From NCBI GenBank assembly GCA_013115125.1, contig JABANN010000191.1:1-54892 (forward strand): a DNA stretch of 54,892 bases, given 5' to 3'. The translations under genes and the position numbers were made by a program. Of this stretch, positions 12,893-22,300 are shown piece after piece. A model generated the notes under the pieces. That model was not told the origin of the DNA. It worked only from the letters and a program-made list of their open reading frames with translations, and did no database searches. The stretch's first letter is position 1, and the number at the start of each line of letters is the position of its first letter. The stretch is from Perkinsus olseni. Lineage: Eukaryota.

Positions 12893-13110
12893 TTCAATAA
12901 TGCTATACAGTTNNNNNNNNNNNNNNNNNNNNNNNNNNNNNNNNNNNNNNNNNNNNNNNNNNNNNNNNNNNNNNNNNNNNNNNNNNNNNNNNNNNNNNNN
13001 NNNNNNNCAGTTTAATAATGCTATACAGTTTAATAATGCTATACAGTTTAATAATGCTATACAGTTTAATAATGCTATACAGTTTAATAATGCTATACAG
13101 TTTGATAATG
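12893..13110. repeat. 18-bp tandem repeat (CAGTTTAATAATGCTATA) spanning an assembly gap
   Basis: At least 6 visible units around the N-run. Confidence 0.95.
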
Positions 13111-13199
13111 TTAATTGATGAATACTGTAATGAATTATTTGCTGTAATACGAATAAATTAGGTATAACCCAGTAATAATCACATTATACAACTACACAT

Positions 13200-13985
13200 C
13201 GTTCAGCTACACAGTCATGACTCAGTGGTATTACCGCCCAATTCGCTCTAGTGTGGAGAGGAAGTAAAAGAGCTACTGATCATCACTGCCACTGTGCCTG
13301 CTGTTGAACTTATCAACCTTTTTTACTATAATGGACAATTACGCAGGGGTCTAGCGATCAATGTATGCAGCAGTTGCTTGCTCTTCCATGCAATATACAG
13401 CATATATATCCAATACCACACCAATGCGAATGCATACAACTATTCCAGAACAGACTGCTTGTCCTACTCCCAGACTATATAAATCCGTTCCCTCAAAATG
13501 GAAGTACCGAGTTCGTATCTTACCTTGTTAAACCTCGCTCTCCTTCTCAGACACCTAGCCAGTTGAAAATCAGGCTGTAGACACCCCGAGTGCAACTCCT
13601 TGACAGAACCCCGGCATGTTCCGACAGTCGAACGAGCCTGTTACAGTCGATTAGCATTATCATCATCAATCACCACCGAGCCCTCTACCTGCACTATGTC
13701 CGCCTGAATGCTGCCTAGGTCCTTTAGTGAGCCCAACAACTCACCGAAATTACTCAATTTCGCTGCCAGGTGAACCTGCCGGGTACAGTGAGAAAAGGAG
13801 AGGCCCCTCCCCATCCATACCTCAGCAGGATCGAGCTGCTGGGCCAGTTGGGAGTTCAACTCGTCCTTCTTCGTCATCAACGACCGCAAAGATCGACGTG
13901 AGCAAGCACTGAGTGAGAAGTCAGGGGATATTGGGAAACAGTAAGCGCGGTGGCGTTTAAAGGTAACCACGTTAGACTTCTCATG
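13200..13985 (-). pseudogene. Duplicated fragment of VPS54 5' exons
   Basis: High similarity to ~24340-25150. Encodes RSLRSLMTKKDELNSQLAQQLDPAEV / HLAAKLSNFGELLGSLKDLGSIQADIVQ but lacks the rest of the gene. Confidence 0.8.
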
Positions 13986-14232
13986 ATGCTCTCGAGTGGT
14001 CCAACTCTTGCGCCCGATGGCCAGTCGCCTCCAGTTCGAAGCGAAAATGTGATAACGACGGGAAGAGCAAGGCGAAAGCATGGTGGAGTTCCGTTGGACC
14101 AGAGAGATAAGAGCGAATCGCAGGTGTATGCACGGGACTCGTCAGCCATGGCCCACAGCAACCGTCGGTCGTTTGAACGGAGGGGGCGAGTGCGATGAGA
14201 GGTGGCGAGCGCGATGAGGAGTGGCGTCTCCC

Positions 14233-15309
14233 ATGCTTCCCAGTCTCCCTTGCCCTACCTGCGCCGATATCCACATGATGGCAAACTCACTCTACGGTAT
14301 TATTCTTCTTCTCGGTCTACCCAGGCCTACACCTTCGCCTCCTGTCCCTGGCCATCGAGCGAAGAACATCGAGGCTCCGTCGATAGTCCCGGGCGAGTAC
14401 AGAATCATCGATCTCGATAAATGCAACATTACATCGCTGGAGGACTTGAGAATGGACGTTAGAGCAGGACAACAGTTGGATCCACTCTACTTTGGGTTAA
14501 GCTTCGAGCACGCGGACGGGAAATCTTATAATGTACAAAATATGTCCCCAATGACATGTCTGAACTACGGCAAGCCGTTGAGCGGGGATCTGCGGAGGAG
14601 GTGCTGGAAGGTGAGACGGACTCGTCAGTTCTACCACCTGGCGAATCCTGTAGGGCAAATGAATACGGTGAGTGAGGCTTTCCCCAGGGATCTATCCCAT
14701 GCTGCACTCGGCACCACCCTGGTGTGCCAAGTTGATGACAACACGATAAGCCTAGGGCTTTGCAAGGTGCTGGGCTTTCGCAAGGCAGAATATGAAGAAT
14801 CCGACTACATTTTCGTGATTTTAAAGCGATGGAATGGTGGGAGCCGGAGCATACCAGGACAGCCTTCCCAGAGCCCTACCATCAGTCCTCGTGTTGGACG
14901 AAAAGAGCGGTTTTCCCAGGGATCTACCGTCAGCGTATCTGCCAAACGACAAGGGCGGCTCCTACAGAGCCAAACCGGCAGTTTCTCTGATGGACGAAAA
15001 GAGCGGCTTTCCCCGAGACCTACTATCAGCTCATCTGCTCAAAACCATGAAGTCGCTCGAGCCGGTGGTTCCTCAGGACAAGGATACCCCTCAGTGGGCC
15101 AAAAGAGGAAAGCCGATGGCGACATAGCTCTCGAGTCTATCGTCCGACCAGATTCACGTGAGGTTGACTTTCCACTTGAAAAGTTCTCCAAGACGGGCCA
15201 AGCTGATTCCATAACAAAGGAGGCCTCATACGCTCCCTGGGATGAAGGTGAACAAATTATCGTAGAGCGGATGGAAGATGGCGAGATCAGAACTTATCGT
15301 AAGCTTTAG
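14233..15309 (+). CDS. Lineage-specific putative secreted protein with 16-aa repeats, intronless
   Basis: Continuous ~358-aa ORF with hydrophobic N-terminal stretch LYGIILLLGL (alternative start ATG 14275). A paralog at 9646-10735 supports coding status. Confidence 0.7.
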   Translation: MLPSLPCPTCADIHMMANSLYGIILLLGLPRPTPSPPVPGHRAKNIEAPSIVPGEYRIIDLDKCNITSLEDLRMDVRAGQQLDPLYFGLSFEHADGKSYNVQNMSPMTCLNYGKPLSGDLRRRCWKVRRTRQFYHLANPVGQMNTVSEAFPRDLSHAALGTTLVCQVDDNTISLGLCKVLGFRKAEYEESDYIFVILKRWNGGSRSIPGQPSQSPTISPRVGRKERFSQGSTVSVSAKRQGRLLQSQTGSFSDGRKERLSPRPTISSSAQNHEVARAGGSSGQGYPSVGQKRKADGDIALESIVRPDSREVDFPLEKFSKTGQADSITKEASYAPWDEGEQIIVERMEDGEIRTYRKL

Positions 15310-16591
15310 CAGGTTTGATACTTCATGCCTACCATGATGTTCAGGGTGATGTTCATCATTTCCTTGCTGTTGTCGTTTAACAGTACCATCGAATTCCCTA
15401 CGATAAGTGTATGACAACTCTGATAATTTATCATTTGCACGGGGAGCCCCGCTACACCTCTGTGAATGGCGTTTGCGGCTTTCGCGATCGTAAGAGACGA
15501 TAGAAACAAGCTCATGTCAAAAGTTTTGGCTCAAAACTCCAGTCGCCTTACCTGATGGATCTCTTCCAAGGCGAGCTTGATCTGTTGCAGCAAAATAGCA
15601 GATAGGTTCGCCCCTCCCTCCTCTACATATATGCCGCATATATGAGGCATATAATATGCGACACTCTTGTCCAGGCTGGAGAGTCCAGCTCCTCAGAGGC
15701 ATCATACTTTTCCTAGTCTGCCTGCTGAGCTTTTAAACAGCTGTTAATTTAAACAGCTGCTGTTTGGACACACCTGAATGAATAACATGCATACTCTACC
15801 GAACACTAGTAGCAACACGATGGTGAACACGAGCGTACATATCTCCGGAGAACCGCTAGAAAGATGGGGTACCGGAAGACTGACAGCACTGACAACGAAT
15901 TTTCCGCTATGATGAGCCAGACGGAGATAAATCGGAGAAGCCGAAGAGATGAGGCTCTGGTTGTGGGCCGATGGAACTTCAGTGAAGTTACTTCAGGTCC
16001 TCCAACTCTCCCAAAGACTCTCAAATTGACCGCAGATTTTTGGAAAAAATTTTTGGAGCTCAGGAATATTCAGGAGAGGTCCTGGCAAGAGCCTAGGAAA
16101 GCTCTCCTTCAAAATTCAACACAGTCAATATGTTAGACACATCGAGAATCGTCTTAGCAGTCTCATAGCCGGGAAGGCTGTTCGGTACTTCACGTCAACG
16201 TTCGTGGCTTTGCCTAGGTCTTCGCCTCTTTTCCGGGAGAGTCAGGGAGGTCCCGATTTCAGAATCCTTCCAGACTATATCCTTCGTGTCAGGACCCAAG
16301 TCAACCCTCGTTAAAAGTTCTTTGCTTACCAACGAGCTATTCCACTCGAATTGAGTGCCGTAGCGAGAGCCGTAATCGTTCGCTTCGGCGCCCTCCGATA
16401 CTGCTTCTCTGGCGGGAGAACTGCTGTGAGAAAGCTGATGCTTGTTCGTATTCGCTAAATGAGTGAATTCGAAGGGAATTCTGGTCGCGAATTCCCTTCA
16501 AGTGCACCTTGACGATCAGTTGAAGAAATATATTGCTTTCATCGAGAAAAGCCACGCGTCCTTCCGTCATAATGGTCATGACAGCATGCGT

Positions 16592-16613
16592 CTCATGAGT
16601 CATGAGTCATGAC
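16592..16613. mobile_element. Putative excision footprint (7-8-7 motif, target CTCATGAC)
   Basis: CTCATGA-GTCATGAG-TCATGAC. Confidence 0.6.
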
Positions 16614-16624
16614 ATAGGTCACCT

Positions 16625-16677
16625 AGATGACGGTTGGGACTATCACCCATGATAGGTGATAGTCCCAACCGTCATCT
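16625..16677. repeat. Perfect 23-bp inverted repeat with 7-nt loop
   Basis: AGATGACGGTTGGGACTATCACC-catgata-GGTGATAGTCCCAACCGTCATCT. Confidence 0.95.
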
Positions 16678-16887
16678 CAGGTTCAGCGACGGCTTGCATT
16701 GCAAGGACGCGGTTTTCGAGACCAACACGATGAACAACTGGATGGTCATGACGGAGACAGACATGTGAATCAAGTTGCAAACGGTGAATAGCCAGTAAAC
16801 CTCTCGAGGCAGCCAGTTGTCAAGTGACGACAACTCTCAATGAGAATCTTTGATGAACGATCAAGACTCCTTGCACGCGCAGCGGGG

Positions 16888-16909
16888 GCCGAGCCGCTCG
16901 GCCCGAGCG
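16888..16909. mobile_element. Putative excision footprint (7-8-7 motif, target GCCGAGCG)
   Basis: GCCGAGC-CGCTCGGC-CCGAGCG. Confidence 0.6.
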
Positions 16910-16993
16910 TAAGCCTTCACACTCTTCTGCTCACGTGACGAGCCTACGCCGCATGACATCTTGCTGATTTCTTCCCTTCCTTCTAGACCAACA

Positions 16994-17015
16994 GCTAGGA
17001 ATCCTAGCCTAGGAT
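16994..17015. mobile_element. Putative excision footprint (7-8-7 motif, target GCTAGGAT)
   Basis: GCTAGGA-ATCCTAGC-CTAGGAT. Confidence 0.6.
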
Positions 17016-17209
17016 TGGTATTATCCACAATATTGGCATTTCTCAGCCTTCATCGCGAGGCCTCCATCCGATGACGAGGCGGACTCCATAGGCCTCGAGT
17101 CGGAACTTGACGACGTCAAGTTGACGTCTTCGAGTCGACGATTTAGTGACATACTCAATTGGAGGGGGTCCAAACTTCTGTCTACTCCACAGACAAACAG
17201 GAATACATT

Positions 17210-18470
17210 ACACACTCTCCGGCGGAGAGTCTCCGCAGGAGAAAGCATTCTGTCCAAGCAGTGTGTCGCCTTATTACTTAGCACGCACTGCCTGTGTCGG
17301 TCATGCAGCATGACAGATGCGGCAGCTCCTGGCCACGCGGATCAGCACCACCCTTTTTCCCCGACGACGCCACAATCGACATGATCATCTGAGCAAATCC
17401 TATCATGGCACCAGCTACTTGAAACGATGCTCTTACCATCATCAGGTGTATAGTATTGAGTAAGCTGTTGATCCAACCACTGCAATCCTCGAGCTACTTC
17501 AACAGCAGCACCCATAAGCTCACTCCACAGCGTCAGCAGCTGCTCTGAATTCAACTGGCCCAAGGCCCTCTCCAGCCGCCCGGTGGTGGAGCGTCGGGAA
17601 GTGGCAGGCTCTGAGCAACACAACTACATATCACCCGACACCCGAAGAGTGACGCGCGGTTACTCAAGTCTCCTGCCCCGTCTGTCGTCTTACCGCCTCA
17701 ACCGCGGACATCCTCAGAGCCCGGCAATGCAATTGCCATAGATTTACCTGAAACCCGAAGTAATGATCGAAATACATAATCGCCGCCCTGCCCTCCTGGA
17801 TGAGGGTGGCTGAGCTTAGCGGCGCTACTTTCTTGACCAGCCGCCGAGCCCTCCTCAACAGCAGGTATGCAATTTACAGCCGAGGAAGGTGGGTTCCGAG
17901 AAGCGTAAAATACTGAAACTTTGCTTCTCTCCATCTTCAAGATTCCGCCGGCTCACCCGTCAATCGCTCCGCAATACTCTTTCGAGCCTTGGCGATGGTG
18001 ATGACCTTGTTGGAGTCCAACAGCGGCGGAGTCCGCTGCCGATAACCCGAGCCTTCTTAAGATACCAATCGATCAAGAAATCGATTACTCATACGGTAGG
18101 AGTCCTACCTCATTATTATCATCCACAGACTCCCGTGTACTCCGCGCTGAGGCGATCCCACCTAGCTCATCTTGTAGTTGTCACCGGACTCAACGAGAGA
18201 ATCACAGAAGAACAATAACTGCATGCACTGGTGACACTGAAAAAGATACCATCGGGGATATGAATAGTGCGGCGCACTGACGACACGTCGACAACGACTT
18301 CTCGGCGAGAAGTCGAGAGGAGCCGAGAGGAGAGACTCGGTGGTGTCAACTGAGTGATGATAGACGATATGCTCACCCCTCAGCCGCGCTTCCGCACAGC
18401 ATACTTCATTGCCTTCACTCTGGAACTAGATGATCTCGTCCCCGTGCCGAGTACCATAACGCTACAGAAG
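17210..18470 (-). pseudogene. Decayed duplicate of central VPS54 exons
   Basis: 17423-17624 is nearly identical to ~22965-23167. Flanks align more weakly to ~22790-24130. Confidence 0.8.
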
Positions 18471-18569
18471 TATTCAGCTATTATCGTCAGAAAGGATTCG
18501 TTACAGGAAAACGGAGCTCGCACGCTGACTTGAGCTTGGCAGGGGCGTGAACTATGATGCCATAAGAGC

Positions 18570-18850
18570 TACGACCTCTCTCCTCGATTGGCTACCTCCT
18601 CACCTCTATATGTCACCTCTCTTGAGACTCTCAGGGATTGCCAAGTTGTTCAAATCGAGGGAGTCCATACGACACTGGCGGTCCACACCGGACTGCGCTC
18701 ATGGACACGCTTCGTCAACTAGGCATTACGGTCAGTAGAGACGATCGTCACGGTACCGTCTCATCACGAATTGTATCGTCCTCCGTCCGCAGCGCTCATC
18801 GTGTTAGTCAGTACTTCCGAATTAAAGAGGACATCGACCCAGCTGAGCCA
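18570..18850 (-). pseudogene. Decayed fragment of central PIH1 exons
   Basis: Aligns by eye to ~7470-7710 (CCTCCTCACCT.TATA, AAGTTGT, GAGTCCATAC, TTGTAT..CCTCCGTCCGC, ACATCGA). Confidence 0.65.
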
Positions 18851-19370
18851 GGCTCGGGTCCTACTGTCACACGGTGTGACTCACACCTTGGCTGTCCTTC
18901 CTCAGCGGCAACGAGTCACCCCTAGTTCTCTGGAGTTAACCTGCAGGAGTCAAGGCCGACGTCGCCGATAACTGGGCTACCTCAACTCACTTCTTCTCAG
19001 CAACACCAAGTGCGATGATCGAACCTGTCAGCACTGCTGTTATAATGAAAAATCTTAGAATACATCTCCGTCACATGAAGTTATCGACCGCCACTAAGCT
19101 GTGTACAGGGGCTTATCCAGGTTCATCTAGACGAAGATGACAGGGAGGAAGGCAGCAATTTTATAGGCTATCGCTACTGCATCCACGAGAGGTTACGCAG
19201 TCAGGTCCCTTTCATCCTTGCCCTGTGTGACAACTTAGATCGGTAAAGACTCCATCATCGAAATTAAACATCAATCTACTTCAATGGTAGAGGATTAATG
19301 TTACATCATCATCACCCCGGCGGCGGCGGTGATTCAACGAAAACAACAGTCTCGTCAGAGTTGGAAACAA

Positions 19371-22300
19371 CTAGTCCCCTGCAGCAGGGGCAGCGGCAGG
19401 GGCAGCAGCGGGCGGTGTAGTGGAAGCATCAGCAGGCGCCTCTTCCTCACTGCTGCTTGTCGACTTAGGCCCATCACCAGCTTGGTCTAAGAGCTGCAGG
19501 ATATCGCCAGAAGGAGGTTCTCCGTCCTTCGGAGGAAGTATCCTGAGGTCAACAACCGTACCACGACGAAAACACGACGAACTCATACCTGTCGGTTACA
19601 CTCAGCATCTCTTTCACACAAGCCTCCATCCTCGCTCTGATGTCTGCAATGGGGCGCAGCTTGACAACCATCTGGCCCAGGTCCGCTAGAATGCTCGTCC
19701 GCCAAGACTCAAGCACAGTAGTATCATCAACCTTATCCTTCTCCTTCAACAGCCTGGCTTCAAAGCGTGAACCGAAATCGACAAATACCCGAGAGAAAAT
19801 AAGTTCCACACACTTGGGCGAGAGGGACTTCATCAACACCCTATGCATGCTGCTCACGTCGTTCACTATCTTCAGTACATTCTCATTCGGGCCCGTCCTC
19901 TGGCCGGCCCGACTGGCCTTCTCTGCCGACAGCCACTTGGCGCAATGATGGTCGAATCTTTCAACTAAAATATCGCCGAGTTTCCTCATGAGATTGCCCT
20001 TATGCTCAGACATCTCGGCCTTCAATCGGTACAGCAAATCCTCCAAAACAATGCGTATCCCAGGTCCACCCTTGCTCCCCGCGACCGACTCCAGTGTGTT
20101 GGCTACCAAGGGTAAAACACTCGACATCATATCAATCGTCTGATAGGTCAAAGCCAAGTTGGTGGCCGTCACCGTCTTCCTCGACCCTGACGACACCGCC
20201 TGCCCTTCAAGCAACAACTTCTCAATCTGCCCGCTAGCCAACCGCAACATTGACGTTAGACGTACTGCGGCGTCAGTCGCCAATTGCGGTAGGGCGCGCG
20301 CTACATCAAGATAGACAGCCATGAGCTCGAGGATGCCGAGGCCTGCCGGGACCACCAAGAAGGAACCTTGATCTTCCGGGAGCACCAGATAGCGCCGACC
20401 CTTCCCCTGCTGCTGCTGGTCTTCGCCAGATGTACTGCCATCCTCGAGCTCGTGTCCGTCAGGCAAGAACTTGGAGAGCACTCTCGACTCGAAGTGAGCT
20501 GGTACGTCTGTTCGCTCCCATTTCTCTCGCTCTAATAGCAGATTCGCTTGAGCTACATTAGCCTGAATAAGAGGAAAATATCAGAACACCAATGATGGTA
20601 CATCATGATACGAGCATTCTCGGTCACGGCTGTTCCAGGGGATAGCAAATTCAAAGGTCCGTCGGTCCCACCATTCCGTAGGAGAATGGTACTCAGATCG
20701 CCCCCTAGTCGCCCCCGCCTTACCTGGTGAATCTCCTCAACCGCTAGCTTAGCCTGCTGCAGCACAATAGCCGACAGATTGGCCCCTCCCGGGACGCTGG
20801 TAACTTCAGTGGATTTCTGACCATCCGTAGTACGGCTGCTCCAGGAAGCGAAGCAGGGCGCGATCTTCTCAAATAAAGCGGTACTGGTTCTGAGCAATTG
20901 GGGAAACCATATCCCTAGGAACCGATCAAATGACCAACTCACATTGAGATCATCTTTCCTAGATCTTCGGGAGACATCAGACAATTCCGATTCTGCCGAA
21001 GTTGGAGCACTTGGCCGCATCTGAGTGGATGACGATGCACGCATAAGCTCCGCCCGACGAGTGAGTTGACACTGGCAGCTTGCCAGGAGCAACGCAAAGA
21101 TAGCCGAGGCAGGGCGGCATAGAAGCGTATGCGGCCCCACAACGAGAAGGCGGGGGAACCCTCTCCTACTTTTGGGACGAAATGTCAGCCAATGAGCGTC
21201 TACGCTAATTAAATGACAAAATTCGACGCAACCGACCCTCAGCATTTCGTTTATCTTCCGAATTCAAGAATTTGAACGATGTTCGAATTCTTCGCTATCT
21301 TTGAATTCGGACTCTCTCGAAGTTCGAAATCAAGATTCTGAGGACTGTTACGGAAGGCTCCGACACAAAAGAGCCCCGTGCGAAGTTGAAGCTCACGGTG
21401 AAATGTTCAGCAGTCTAACGCAATGACCAAGAAATCCGGCAGAACATGGCATGGCGCGAGATGCCGCACGCCCAGGAGAGCGCTTTAGAATTCGACGTTG
21501 CTCCACAACTGTCCTCCCGATCCGCCATATCTCTTGCCACGAAGATCGGTGCTGAACACGCGCAAGCTCAATGCTGCGAAACTTTGCTGTTTGCAAGGAA
21601 CGAAGTCGAGCACAGCTGTTGGAGCAATGCTGTCAAGTAGCCCCTTGCTTGACTCTTAACGAGTCCAAACCGCAGAGAACGTGCCTTTGTAGATGCCCAA
21701 GAGGCGTATATATGTGTAATGGAGACCCATGCTCAAACGACCGCACTTAAAGATGTAGAGTCCCTCGACCTCGGGCAAAGTAGGGACGCCGACAACTCGT
21801 CAAGTCTTCCAACCTAGCCTCATGAATTAGACCCCTTCATTCCGCCGACCAGTAATACAGGATACGGAAACTGGCTGATTTTATCTGTGAATTCTGCGGC
21901 GACCGTTGGGGCGTTCGGTGCGTCATGTAGTATGTTGCTCAGTATTGTCATCTTTGCACCAAGAGGGATCTCCTCACCGCCTGCTCACCACTGAATATGC
22001 ATTCAATCGATCGTGGGTATTCGCATGTGATGTTCATCAGTTCATTGTTAACCTCGTTCAAAATAGCAGTGCGAATGTGAACTCCAGGGACGCCAATGCT
22101 GCCCTCAGCGGCTCCCCAGACAGCCTGCCGGACAGCATCACAAGCAATGCCAAGCTTGCAGCTCTGCATCTCAGACTTGCAAGCGGACAGCTGAGCATCA
22201 GTGATGGTTTTCATATTTGTTAGATTCGGAGGTTCCCTCACAGAAGTATAACGTTGGAGCTTCAGCCAAGATGGCTTAAGTCTGGCCCAGGCAAAGTGAA

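Noticed and set aside
14611-14653. Apparent 43-nt GT-AG intron in the secreted gene
   Set aside because: Removing it creates an immediate stop. The unspliced frame is open in both paralogs and copy 1 lacks the AG.
15524-15534. TTTTGGCTCAA as a spliced-leader relic
   Set aside because: Only 11 nt match, which is too short to distinguish from chance.
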